Shown here: positions 13,677 to 36,190 of the stretch, piece after piece | Layout of the letters: each line of letters opens with the position of its first letter | Position numbering within the stretch: position 1 is the first letter of the stretch | From: Lama glama | Taxonomy: Eukaryota | Assembly: GCA_028534125.1 (NCBI GenBank) | Contig: CM052832.1 | Location: 16,246,001-16,310,000, forward strand | Reading direction: 5' to 3' | DNA length: 64,000 nt | The notes under the pieces: model-generated | The model's input: the letters and a program-made list of their open reading frames with translations, nothing else | The model's database searches: none | What the model was told of the DNA's origin: nothing | Made by a program: the position numbers and the translations under genes

Positions 13677-13819
13677 GGCTTTGGAAGACAGGGAGAAGCT
13701 GGGGCTGCGGGCAGGACGGCCTGTCTCAGCTTCTGCTATGTGTCTGCTTGGCGGGCTTTTCCAAGCTGAAGCTCCAGACCTGGGCTGTGTCACGCGCCCT
13801 TCCCCTGCCCCCCACAACC

Positions 13820-13950
13820 TCCAGCCTTTTATGCAACCTGTGTTCTGGCGCCTGCTGTTCGCCCCACCCACCCTACCCACATCACTTTCCGGAATGTCCG
13901 AGCGGGAGGGCCCCCCTCTGAGCTGCCAGTCAAGGAAACAGAAACTGCAA
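13820..13950 (-). promoter_or_regulatory. CFB proximal promoter: CATAAAA TATA-like box, GAS-like element, ISRE
   Basis: CATAAAA on the minus strand at about 13827-13833; TTTCCGGAA 13886-13894; ISRE GGAAACAGAAACT 13934-13946. Confidence 0.75.
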
Positions 13951-14221
13951 AATCCCACCTTTGGCTGCCCAGGATCCAGGATTCTTCCTGTCAACACCTC
14001 CTCTCAGCCTTCGTTCCTTCCCAACAAGCCCCCTACCCCTTAGGCACCAGACACAAGGCCCTCACTGGTTCCCCTGTTGACTCTGTTAGGGAGCAGAGTC
14101 CAGCCATTGTTTGTCCAGAAGGGTCTCTGACCTGCCTTCTTGCAGTTCCTGGAATCATTCTGGCTTTTCTCTCCCCACAGGACCCAGGTAGAGGCACAGA
14201 TAGATGAGGAAATCATTGATT

Positions 14222-14227
14222 TTTATT
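14222..14227 (-). terminator. C2 polyadenylation signal AATAAA
   Basis: tttatt on the + strand, about 270 nt downstream of the C2 stop. Confidence 0.85.
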
Positions 14228-14239
14228 AATTTCATAACT

Positions 14240-14328
14240 GGGAAATTCCATGTGAAAGTGAAAGGAGAGAGTGAGCCAAGTAAACCCGAGGATGGGCTCT
14301 GCGCCGGCAGGAGCCCTGGGGATTCCCC
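14240..14328. promoter_or_regulatory. NF-kB/IRF enhancer module in the C2 3'UTR, upstream of CFB
   Basis: GGGAAATTCC 14240-14249, GAAAGTGAAA 14254-14263, GGGGATTCCCC 14318-14328. Confidence 0.7.
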
Positions 14329-14494
14329 GGCTTGCATGTGCCGCTGGCTGCCTTGCCTCCGGTTCCTAGAGGCAGGGGTTTGCGCAGAGCAGGGAGTGGG
14401 GATGGGTCACGGAGACCGAGGGTGAAAGTTGAAAGGTAGGAAATGGGAGAGATGGCAGGTCCTGGCAGGACAGCAAAGGCCTCGGTGGCCATGA

Positions 14495-25256
<10,762 letters not shown>

Positions 25257-25299
25257 GGTGTCCACCTTAGGGGCAGGGAGAGGCAGAGTGCTGGGAGAG

Positions 25300-25470
25300 G
25301 GAAAAGGTCATCTGACTTCCCGAAAGCAAGAGTTGGCTCAGCAGCCGCTTCATGAGCTGCCAGAGAAAGAAAACTAGGGAGTGGCAAGGGGGAATGTTCT
25401 CTCATTAGGAAAGAAGTAATCAGGGATCGGGGACTGAGCTGAGGTGGTGAAACCTTTGCCCTGTCTCCCT
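25300..25470 (-). promoter_or_regulatory. C2 proximal promoter (TATA-less) with HNF4/DR1-like, ISRE-like and GAS-like motifs
   Basis: GGGCAAAGGTTT (minus, 25450-25461); GAAAGAAAACT 25365-25375; TTCCCGAAA 25317-25325; all directly upstream of the ATG at 25256. Confidence 0.5.
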
Positions 25471-26079
25471 AATCCCAGCACATCCATAGAGCTGTCGATC
25501 TGCATCATGGGCTTTGCGTGGCGCTTCCAACCTCCACCCCTCGCAGACCCGCCTACTCACAAGCTCTTGCAAGAATAGTCTAAAGCACACAGACCCAACA
25601 ACCAGCTGAGATGTTGCAAAACATTTTATTTAAGTAAAGTTTCAGTTTTCTTTTGGGTTTTACCAAGTGGATTTTACTTCTTCAGAGTCTAGGATAGTAC
25701 TGTCTTTTTGAATATAAGCCCCCAAGAGATTAAAACGAATTTTCTTAGAAGTTTTTGATACATAGGAGGATTCCTCATCTTTTTCTTCCCTACAACCCTT
25801 CCCCAGAGAGTATCTAGGGACAAAAATGAAATCAACACTTAGTTTTGGAGACTGGAAAAATGTTGAGAACATTTTTAGGGAAAGTCCAGTAGATAAAATC
25901 CCCAGCTTATAAAATAAACAAGTCTGGGGTTGTTTACTCAAAGGAATAAAAGTATTTTTGAAAATGAGATAATGTCTTTAAATTACAACCTGCATTTTGT
26001 GTGAAGTGCAGGAAGCAAAGAAACTCTAAGCTAGTGTGTCAGCCTCCCACAGAAGACTCTTTAAAATCTATCAAATGGT

Positions 26080-26170
26080 GGGGAGGGTATAGCTCAGTGG
26101 GAGCTCATGCTCAGCATGCACGAGGTCCGGGGTTTAATCCCCAGTACCTCCATTAAAAAAAAAACAAAAC
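26080..26170 (+). mobile_element. Camelid tRNA-derived SINE (Vic-1-like)
   Basis: ggggagggtatagctcagtgg...gcatgcacgaggtccggggtttaatccccagtacctccatt followed by an A tail. Confidence 0.88.
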
Positions 26171-26379
26171 ACTTTTCGAACAATGTGGAATATAATAAGT
26201 AAATAGAAGCAACCAGAAATGAAGATGAAACATCTCTGAAGTGAGCATTTAAGTTTATGAACACTCTTGATTTACAAATAACTTCTCAGAAACACACACA
26301 CATAGTTAGGCTCACCTTGGACAGAACTGACTGGATGTAGAAGACCGTGACCCCCAGTGCTGGAGGTCCCAAAGCTACT

Positions 26380-27860
26380 GCTGTGACAGAGCTACTGGCA
26401 CCTTCCCTGCACCCAGTATTTGTTCTCCCTCCTTCTGCAGTAAGAGATGTTCAGCAGGACACAGTCACCCAGCTAAAGACTACATTTCCCAGCTTCCTTT
26501 GCAGCTAGTGGCCAGGTGACACGGCTCTAGCCAATAGAACTGATGTGTGTAACTTCCAAATTATGCCCCTAAAATAAAAGGAGAGTGTACCCCTTCTTTC
26601 CCATGGGCTGGAATATAAATTTGATGGTGATTCCAGAGAAGCACCCTGGGAATGACAGGGCAAACAGACAGAGGAGCCTTGGGTCCCTGACACTGTGTTG
26701 ATGTCATACCAGCCCTGCCTACCTGCTCAGATTGTTACAAGAGAGAAACAAACTATATTAAAGGTGGTGGGCATTTGAGATGTTCACAAATGTTCTGGCT
26801 TCGTCTCCTTTCAGTCACACAGTAGGATTAAACTTCCCTATCCACTTGCTTTGTCCAATGAAAAGTGGGTATAAGTGACGTGAACCACTGGTACATGTAA
26901 GCTTTATGAGCCAATGCAGTCTTCCTCGGGCTCATAATCTTTCCCTCTGGATGGCTACTTTTGGGATGGTGGCTGCTCCATCAGCCTAGATCACTGGGTG
27001 ACACCAAAAGCAGAACCCCTGCTGACCCTTACCAGATACGCTATGTGAGCAAGAAATAAACTTTTGTTGTTTTAATCCACTGCATTACCACAGCTGCAGG
27101 GGGAAAAAATACCACCCCAAATTTAGGGCTTTAAAAATGTTTTATTCCTACTCATGATTTTGTGGGTTGGCCAGGAGGTTCTTGCCTGGACTCACTCATG
27201 CAGCTGCAGCCAGCTGAGGGCTGAGTTCAGCAGGAACAGTAAGCCCCGTGGTCTGTCACCCAGAGCCCCTCATATCATGGCAGTCTCAGAACAGCATCCT
27301 AAGAGATGCAACACATACGCTGCAAGGTCTCTTGAGGCCTGTCCTCAGAAGTCACATGACATCACTTCCACATGTTCTATTGGTAACAGCAAATCACAAG
27401 GCCAGCCCAGATTTAAGGGTGGGAAGAACTTTACCTTTTGATGGGAGGAGTGGCAAAGTCACACTGCAAAGAGGCACACACACCAGAATAGGAGAGATGT
27501 ACAGCCATGTTTTGCAAACCACTAAGGCAACCAAGATCGGGAGATTGTCATAATAGCATAATGAATCCTGCCTGACTGAATACTTAAATCACTGAATTTT
27601 GGGTGCCTCTTTAAGCTGCTGCTATGGACTGAATTAAATTTATATGTTGAACACCTAACCCCTAATATGACTATATTTGGTGATGACAGGGCCTGTAAAG
27701 AGGTAATTAATCTTCAATGAGGTCATAAGGATGGGGTTCTGATCCAATACGATAAGTGACATTATCCAGGATACCAGAAACTTCTCTCTCCCTCCCTCCT
27801 TCTCCGTCTCTCTTTCTTTCTCCACACACACATCCCTCCAGCCCTACACATCACAGAGGA
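26380..27860. mobile_element. Cluster of nested MaLR LTRs (MLT1I/J/K-like and MLT1A-like)
   Basis: aagactacatttcccagcttcc; gagcaagaaataaacttttgttg; inverted MLT1K-like gcaaatcacaaggccagcccagatt; tgctatggactgaatt...atatgttgaacacctaacccc. Confidence 0.65.
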
Positions 27861-27861
27861 C

Positions 27862-28490
27862 TGTGACCCTACCATGGGATAACGCTGAGATTCTGAATGA
27901 CTCCAGGGTTCCTCACTCATTCACAGTGGTAAATTCTCTTGATTGTGAAGGAAAAGCTGGGCTGGTCTAACAAGATAACTCACAAGTCTAAGTATTGGAA
28001 TACTGACCTGAGTTCTGCAAGACTAACTTGTAAATCTAGGTTAATTAGTGTTGGTTTGCTGTTTATGTTTTTTTGCTAGCCAGCTGGATTTTCAAAGATA
28101 CATATCTGGCTTTGGAATGTTGGTTTGCTGCCTCCCCACCTTCACTTTTGTGATGATAATGCTGCTAAGGCTGTTCCATGCCTATTTGCCGAATACCCCA
28201 AGCTTGTACTTTACCCTATAAAACCTCATGTGCACTTCTTGGAGGTGCTCAGAGCTTCGGAGCAGAAGCCCCTCTGAGCCCGCCGGCGTAATGCATCTGA
28301 GTACTCCAACCCTCCGGGTGGTGCTTGTTTCTTGACTGGCCTGTCGTTTCCGTAACAGATAAGACCCACTTTATTGACTGTCTTCCTTCACTATCCCTCT
28401 TTCCCACCCCCCTACCCACATGTCCTGAGACCATTTCTCAAATGCACTATTTGCGCTTGAATCTTTGTCTCAGGGCTGCTTCTGGGGGAA
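27862..28490 (+). mobile_element. LTR16-like ERVL LTR split by a younger ERV1 solo LTR
   Basis: cacagtggtaaattctcttgat | aagacccactttattg...cttgaatctttgtctcagggctgcttctggggg joins into an LTR16-like sequence. Confidence 0.6.
27944..28357 (+). mobile_element. ERV1-type solo LTR (414 bp)
   Basis: Termini TGTGAAGGAAA...TTTCCGTAACA form an imperfect inverted repeat. TATAAAA at 28217; R-region cccctctgagcccgccggcgtaat; GAT present on both flanks. Confidence 0.75.
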
Positions 28491-28514
28491 GAAGATATCA
28501 TATCAATTGGAATT

Positions 28515-28735
28515 ACTATGAGCCAGACGCTGTTCTAAGCCCTTTATATGTAGGAGCTCACGTAATCCTCACAATAAACCTAACACACAGGTTTTATCAT
28601 TGTCCCCACTTAACATATGAGGAAAGTGAGGCACAGAAATGTTAAATGACCTGCCTTAGATTCACACGGGTACTAAGTGGCAGAGCTGGGATTCAGACCA
28701 AGGCAGCATGGCTCCTGAGTCTACACTTGTAGCCC
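28515..28735. mobile_element. MIR SINE
   Basis: Core atgaggaaagtgaggcacagaaatgttaaatgacctgcc...agtggcagagctgggattca. Confidence 0.8.
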
Positions 28736-30419
28736 CTATTCTTTAGTGCCTCTTCCTAACATCTCTGTGGTGGCTCTTCTGAGCTCCCAGAGGAGCTCTT
28801 CCCAAGGCCTTTCTCCCCTATGTGCTTGTCTCTTCCTTCTCCTTCTCCTGAAACACCTTCTCCATTCTCCTCAAATCGCTCAGCCTTCAGGAAGTCCTCC
28901 AGAAAGTCCTCCAGATTCCTACAGGACCTGTCCACAGAATGTACTGCTTTGAGTCACTTGTGTGCTTATCTCAGCCTCCCCAGAGGAGGGTTCCCAGGAG
29001 CTGTTGTTGAAACACTGAGCTCCAAGGTTAAGGTCAGGCTGAAGGTTATACCCCAGACTCTAGATTATACCCAGCAGAACCTCCTCCCCAGTCCTATTCT
29101 CACTCCAAGGAAACAGCTTCCTTTAGATCAGCAACAGAAGTGTCTTTGGTTTCTATTCCTCCCACTTCTTTCTTAATAAAATATTTACTTTGGGTTAGAC
29201 CCCACCCCCTTGCTCTAACACAGGCTACTGTTAGAGGGCTGGGTATACAACCACCCCCATCCTGCCACGTACTGACCTACTTACTTTGAGCTGATTTCCC
29301 AACTATGACTTTGAGAAATCTTTACATAAAGCACCCTTTGAACCTCAGAAAAGGGTTATGCCCAGCCCCTGGGCCCCTCCCATCCCTGGACTCTGCCAGG
29401 CCCCTGGACCCAGAGGCCACCCTGCAGGCCCAGACTCCAGGTCAGGACACTGAACATCCTCTCCTCACCCAAACAGTGCCTGAGAATTAAGTGAGGGTGG
29501 AGTGGGGACCTCCCAGGAAACAGAAGGCCTGTTTCTGACCTCCTGTAAGGGGCCACATCTCTTTCAGATGGAAACTCAGCCCCTGGAAACAGCCAGGCCT
29601 GGGCTGCACCACGTGCCCGTCTGCCCACACTACAGCCCCTACCTCACCCCTGTGCACCCCATCCCTCTGGGCTCTGCCAGTCCTGGGGGTGCCAGTGGTG
29701 CATGTCATTCCCCCTCCCTGACTTCTCAGCACCTAGGGGGAGGCTGCCCCGCATGGCCCAGGGGAGAGGATGGTGATCATGGCCCAGGGACTCAGGGGTC
29801 AGCTGTTAAGGGCAAGGGGAGGGATGGCCTCTGGCTGTAACCTCCCTGGCTCCTCCCTCACAATGCCTCACTCCTACTCCCTCCATGCCTTGACTTAGCT
29901 TTGGTTGGGGGAGACCTAGCTGCATTCCTCTGCTCTTTCATCCAAAATGTCTCTCTAACGTTTTCCTCCATATCCTGGTGTGGGGACATGGAGGATCCAC
30001 TTATTTCTCTCTTCTGGATACCAGGTCCCTCCCACCAAAAGGGCAGCCCTCAGGTTCAAAGTTGGGTAGCTTCCTGCCCACATACCCCAGTGCTGCCAAG
30101 GGGCAGGGAGGGAGATTTCCAGTCTAGAAGAGACACTCATGCCTTGCTTTCCCGTCAGACTCAAGTGAAAGTCATATCCCAGCAGATTCCTCCTGCCCAC
30201 ATCTCTGGCCCCAGCCCCAGGGTGCTGGAAGGAATTCAAGCTTTGATTGAAGACAGGCTGGAACTGCAGGTTCAGCTTGGCAGATTTATTAGCTATTTCA
30301 ACCTTGCTCACTCTATTTTATCACCTGTCATACATGGAGCCAACAGCAAAATACACTCCCCTTACGGTTACCTCTGAGAATTAGATTAGGATGATCAAAA
30401 TGAGAGGCTCTTCTCCCCT

Positions 30420-32490
30420 GCAGGTGTGGAAGTGTGATGCACAAAGATATCCACTGCAGCTTTCATTGTTACCAAGAGAGAAAGTTTGGGAATGACCCAC
30501 GTCCATCAGCAGAGGGACCTTTACATAACGGACTGACACACAGTACATTGTGGTTTGGATGGTGGAAACTATGCAGCCTCTGAAAGCTTAATGCTTATCT
30601 GTACCTATGAGTGCATGTCTTAAGATATTATGTATAATATAACATATACTTTTTAACTAAGTATACAGTCAAAACCCTGTGTATGGGATGCCACCATTTA
30701 TGCAAAAAAGGAGGGGAGAGGATGTAGTTGTGTATGCTCTTTGTACGTGTGAAAGTTCTCCCTGGAAAGTGGACAAGAACATGGATAGGAGAACTGGGGG
30801 CTGGAAAATGGGATGTGGGGCAAGGAGAGAGATTTACTTTTCATTAAATCCCCTTTATTATTCTTTGAGCTTTTTGTTGGGTATGAATGATTCTTATTCA
30901 AATAGGTGGAAGGAAACACAAGGAGCTGAGGAGAAAGCCCCGGGACCAGGCAGGAGGTCTCTGAGGGAGTTGGTACCTCCTTTGTGTCCTCAGTCTGTGT
31001 CTTCAGTAGAAGCCCCGTGAAAGCCTTTTACAGGAAAAAGAGGCTTGAATATATGTCAACCTGTAGCACTGCACCAAAAGAATTCTGCTGGACTTCTAAC
31101 AAGAGACCCTGATGCAGTCTCTCTACAGACTGCTTACGTCTTATTTTGTAAAACTTCAAATATATGCAAAAGTAGAGAAAACAGTATAGTGAATGTCCAT
31201 GTATTTATCACCCAACTTCAACCATAGTCCATATATGGACAATCCTGGTTCATCTCTGTACCCAACCACTCCTTCTGGGATTTATTTTTACACAAATCCA
31301 AGACATCAGGTTACAATTCACCTGTACATATACATCAGTAAGTACCTCTACAAGATAAGGACTCTTTTTTGAAAACACAGCCATAATACAGTTCTCACAC
31401 TTTAAAAAACATCAGGAGAAGGTACAGCTCAGTGGTAGAGCGCATGCTCAGCATGCACAAGGTCCTGAGTTCAATTCTTAGTACCTCCATTAAATAAACA
31501 AATAAACCTAATTAGCTCCCCCCCAAAAAGTAAATAAAAATCAGCAATATCAAACCTATTTTTTAATTGCTTTATTGTGGTAAAGTACCCATAACATAAA
31601 ATTTACCATCTTCACCACTTTTAAGTTGTGAAGTTAATTCAAATAATTAGTTATTAATATATTAATATAATTAGTATATTAATTAACAGTTCAGTAATAT
31701 TAAATACATTCATAATGTGGTGGAATCCCCAACCAAAAGGAGTGGGGACAGAGTTGTAATGGAGCAGAGTTTTTGTACGTTATTGGAGGTAAGCTGGTAT
31801 AAATTCAAATTAGAATGTTATAACTTTAGGATGCTAAAAGTAATCCCCATGGTAACCACAAAGAAAATAGCTATAGAATATACAAAAAGGAAATGAAAGA
31901 AGCATTTAAACATTTCACTTTGAAAAATCAACTGAATACAAAAGAAGACAGTAATGAAGGAAATGAGGGACAAAAAAGCCATAAGGCATATAGAAAAAAA
32001 ACAGCAAAATGGTAGGTGTACCCCTCACGGTCCTGTGGTGACACTGTGGGTTTTTTTTTTTAACTGAAATATAGTTGACACACAATATTATGTTAGTTTC
32101 AGGTGTACCACACACAAATAAAGATTTAACATTTGCCTACTTTATGAAATGATCACCATGATAAGTCTAGTAACCATCTGTCCTCATACAAATTTATTAC
32201 AATATTATTATTCCATATTCCTTATGCTGTATATTACATCCACATGGTGATTATGTTTTAAAATTCTTTTGATGTAGGCATGCAAACAGCAGTATTTACA
32301 GATGAACTGATATGATGTCTGGCATTTGCTTTAAAATTCTCTAGAGGGAGGGGGAGGCCAGAAGAAGCAAGTCTGGCATAAAGCTGAAAATTGTTGAAGC
32401 TGCGTGATCTGCACATGGGAGATCTGTATACTATTCTCCCAAACTTCTGTGTATGTTTGAAATTTTCCATAATAAAAAGTTAAAAAAAGA
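30420..32490. mobile_element. Patchwork of L1 fragments on both strands
   Basis: Several L1 3'-end motifs: aacataaaatttaccatc, gtaatccccatggtaaccacaaag, aaatatagttgacacacaatattatgttagtttcaggtgtac, tgtatgtttgaaattttccataataaaaag. Confidence 0.65.
31415..31535 (+). mobile_element. Camelid tRNA-derived SINE (Vic-1-like)
   Basis: ggtacagctcagtggtagagcgcatgctcagcatgcacaaggtcctgagttcaattcttagtacctccattaaataaacaaataaacctaattagctcccccc. Confidence 0.88.
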
Positions 32491-32985
32491 AAATATTTTA
32501 ACCCCCTCTGACCATTGAGCGTCTAAGATTAAACAAATAAAAAGATCAGACGAGACACAAAGGTATGGTCATAACTATCGAATAAACGGATGATAAAGCT
32601 AAGGGAACATAAGCATTGAATCATCTTGCAAGTCACATTGACTACTGAAATTAATAAATGAGCCATTTATACATTGGTCTTTCATGAGTTTTATTAGCAT
32701 GAGTCAGTTACCTGGGGACCAGTCATATTTGCGGGCATTTTTTAAATCCCCATTTCTGAATTCATACAGCCCAGAGCAATACCTTTTGGAAAATAACTAC
32801 AGAAAAGTAAAACCACCCTGTTAGAGCCACCTGTCATCCTTCCCCAGATGATGCTTCTGTCTTCCTATAAATCACCACAACACCCTACCTCACAAGGATG
32901 CTGTACCAAATAAGGGTAAGGTGTACTAAATTAGCACCTAGCATAGCAACTGGCAGGAAGCCGTAACTCAATCAGCATGAAGTCC

Positions 32986-33420
32986 CTGCAGCAGCGGCTG
33001 CCGGTGCCCGGCATCTCCTCGCCCACCTCTGACCTCAGCTGTGTCTGAGGCTTGCGGGTTTTTGCAGCTCAGTTTCACTTTGCACTAATTCATACCAGCC
33101 TGGGCCTTCTCTGGTACATCGGTGCTCAAAGGGCAACACATGTAAGAAAGACAGGGAAACAGCCCCAGAGTCAACCTGCAATCAATCAGAGAATGGACAC
33201 TGGGGGAAACATGCTCATGCCCCCTGGTCCCTCAGGTGGACAATTTCTGTTTCTCTCCTCAGAAAGTTCCAGTGGAATTGAATCACTGTCACTATCGTAG
33301 TTGGCTTTTCCTCCTTTGTGATCTTACACTCCCTCACTTCTGCTTTCTGGAATCACCTAAGTTACCTGCCTATACCTCTATCTCAGGCTCCGTCCGCTTC
33401 CAGGGACACTCAACTAAGAC
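32986..33420 (+). mobile_element. LTR16-like ERVL LTR
   Basis: gcagcggctgccggtgccc...caatcaatcagag...cttctgctttctggaatcacc...tctcaggctc...aactaagac. Confidence 0.55.
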
Positions 33421-33639
33421 TGTCCCTCTCCCATCCTCCTCACCCATGTTCCATTGCCCTTCTTTCATGGGTTCTGCCCCAGCAACACTCCAGTCAAACC
33501 TGGACTGTAACATTAACACAGAGAATTACAGTGTACTGGTCTCTCCACACTGCTCAAGGACAGGGATCCTGGGACACGTCTGGGATTCCTCGGTGTCCCA
33601 TGGGAGAGAGTCATGCAAGCTGGTCAGCACTGAACCCAG

Positions 33640-33985
33640 CTGTGATAGTCACTGAGTCATTCACCAGTCTTGCCATTTTCTGCCTTGCAGGCACATGGTA
33701 GGACTGAATTTCAGCTTGCTTTCACCAGTGAAGTATGAGCCCAAGCCGTGTGTGTTCTTTCAGGCAGATTCATTCATTGCCAGTGCAATGTGAGACACTG
33801 CAGCGCCCTCTTCTGACAGAACCTCCTTATATCTGGCCTCCGAGTGACTGTGCTGATCAGAGACTCCCAGCACCATTCCACTGACCCAACAGGTAGCATT
33901 GTAAGAAATAAAACTCGTGTTGAGCTACTGAGGTTGCCAGGTTGTTCGTTTCTCTAGTGTTACTTAGCCATTCTGGCTGATACAA
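33640..33985 (+). mobile_element. MLT1J/K-like MaLR LTR
   Basis: gtaagaaataaaactcgtgttgagctactgag...cattctggctgataca 3' end. Confidence 0.5.
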
Positions 33986-34393
33986 CCTGAGATAGGAACG
34001 CATATAAAGTTTAGAGGAACACAAAGAGGGAGGTATCACGTCTCCCAGAGGTTTAGAAAAGCTTCATAGAGGAGCTGGAGATAAGCTTTAAAAGATGAGT
34101 TTTCTTAAAAGACAGAGTGCAATCCAGACAAAGCAGTACATGGAGCAAAGGCTTGGAGTCTGGAGCCCTAGAGTACATTCGGGAAGTTTTAGGGTGGGAG
34201 AGGGAAGGGGAGGCCGCAGTATGATGAGACTGTGAAGAAGGTACCTTACTCAAGAGCCAGGGTTGGTCGCTTCAGAATTATTATTGCGGAATCAATGTGG
34301 AAAGTGAATTGAAGGAGTTAGGAGACATTTGTAGTTCTGGCAAGAGACCAGGGGCTGACAGAGAAGTCGGGACGGGGAACCAGGACAAATGTT

Positions 34394-34486
34394 TCTTGTT
34401 TGTTTTTTAATGGAGGTGCTGGGGATTGAACCCAGGACCTCATGCACCCCAAGCACACACACTACCACTGAGCTACACCCTCCCTG
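34394..34486 (-). mobile_element. Camelid SINE with a perfect 15-bp target-site duplication
   Basis: ACCAGGACAAATGTT at 34379-34393 and 34487-34501 flank a reverse-strand tRNA-like head and A tail. Confidence 0.92.
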
Positions 34487-34875
34487 ACCAGGACAAATGT
34501 TGAGAAGCAGACCAGGGAGTTCCCTCTGGGGTCTCTCCTGAGCCCTCATAACATCCAGGTTGCCTCAATCTCCACACTTATGTCTGCTGTGGTTGCCTAT
34601 TTATTATTTATAGTCTTCTTGACGGTAGAAAATGTCTTTTTTCTTTACACAAATTAACATTTTGTTATTCAATTTTAAAAGGCAGTGAAATACGAGCAAG
34701 GTTTTAGCTTCCTGGGAAACAAACTTGGACAAGAGAAGAAGCAAAGTGTATCCAATCAACACATACAGTTTTTTAGCTTCTAAAGAGATGGGTTTCTTTG
34801 TTAAGAGTTACATTTGACAGGACAATTTTCTGTATTAAAATAATTGTTCATTATTAAATGAAATTTTTATCACTT

Positions 34876-35011
34876 CTTTTTTTATTCTTCTTTGGGGGCG
34901 CAGAATTAAGTTTATTTATTTATTTTTTAATGGAGGTGCCAGGGATTGAACCCAGGACCTCATGCATGCTAGGCATGCACTCTACCACTGAGCTATACAC
35001 CCCCCACCCTC
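34876..35011 (-). mobile_element. Camelid tRNA-derived SINE (Vic-1-like)
   Basis: taatggaggtgccagggattgaacccaggacctcatgcatgctaggcatgcactctaccactgagctatac. Confidence 0.9.
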
Positions 35012-35027
35012 TCACTTTTTTTAAATT

Positions 35028-36190
35028 TATCAAGAAAGTGAAAAAGACAACCTACAGAATGGAAGAAAATGCTTGTAAATCATGTCTAAAAAAGATCTAG
35101 AATTCAGAATATATAAAGAACTCTTACAACTCAATGACAAAGAGGCAAACAACTCAATTTAAATCTGACTGAAGTATTGTGCTGTGCACCAGAAATCGAC
35201 ACATTGTAAACTGACTATACTTCAAAAAAATATATATTAAAATTTTTTAAATAAATAAAAATAAGCCAAGGACCTGAATAGACATTTCTCAGAAAAGACA
35301 TAAAAATGGTGCCAACAACCACAGGAAAAGATATTCAACATCATAAGTCACAAGGGAAATGCAAATCAAAATCACAGTAGGTTACCACTGCACACCCACT
35401 AGGACACCTATTAAACAACAACAAAAACAATAGAAAATAAAAAGTGTTAGCTAGAATGTGGAGAAATTGGAATCCTTACAATGTGCTGGTGAAATGGTTC
35501 CACTGCTGTGGAAAACAGCTTGGTGGTTCCTCAAAAGTTAAATATAGAATTACCATATAATCCAGAAATTCATCTCCTATGAGTATATCCCCCCAAAAAC
35601 CTGAAAACAGATACTCAGCAAATACATGTTAAAAAGAACAAAAAGAACAAAAAGAAACAAATACATGTATATACATGTTCATCACAGCACTATTCACAAT
35701 AGCCAAAAGGTGGAAACAGCCTAGATGTCCATCAACAAATGAATGAACAAACTATGGTATATAGCTACATTGGAATATCATTCAGCCATAAAAAGGAATG
35801 GAGTACTAATACATGCTAATACAGACGAATCTCAAAGACATTGTGCCATGCGAAAGAAGCCAGACACAAAGTGCCACGTATTGTATGATTCCACTTATAC
35901 AAAATATCCGAAATAGGTAAATCCACAGAAATAGAACACATATTGGTGGTTGCTGGGAGGAAAACGGGGAGCAACTGTTCAATCGGTATGGGGTTTCTTT
36001 TGGGGTGATAGAAAATGTCTTGGGTGATGAAAATGTTTCAATGGTTGCTCAGTATTGAGAATGGACTAAATGCCACTTAAATGCTCACTTAAAAATCGTT
36101 AATTTTATTCTGAAAGAAAGTCAATAAAATGCACCTAAGCTATCAAAAAAATCGTTAATTTTATGTTATTTGAATTTCACCTCAATAATG
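35028..36190 (+). mobile_element. L1M ORF2-end/3'UTR fragment with a short younger L1 3' end inserted at about 35165-35265
   Basis: aagaaagtgaaaagacaacctacagaatggaagaaaat, gggaaatgcaaatcaaaa, atagaattaccatataatccag, agatgtccatcaacaaatgaatg. Confidence 0.85.

Noticed and set aside
25660..25941. 93-aa minus-strand ORF upstream of C2
   Set aside because: No recognisable homology, AT-rich, no splice or Kozak support.
26080..26170. tRNA-like sequences here and at 18.2, 31.4, 34.4, 34.9 and 48.4 kb
   Set aside because: They have A-rich tails, TSDs and degenerate stems, so they are SINEs rather than tRNA genes.
26476..26495. ZNF143-like GACTACATTTCCCAG
   Set aside because: Part of the MLT1 LTR consensus as recalled; a single copy with no promoter context.
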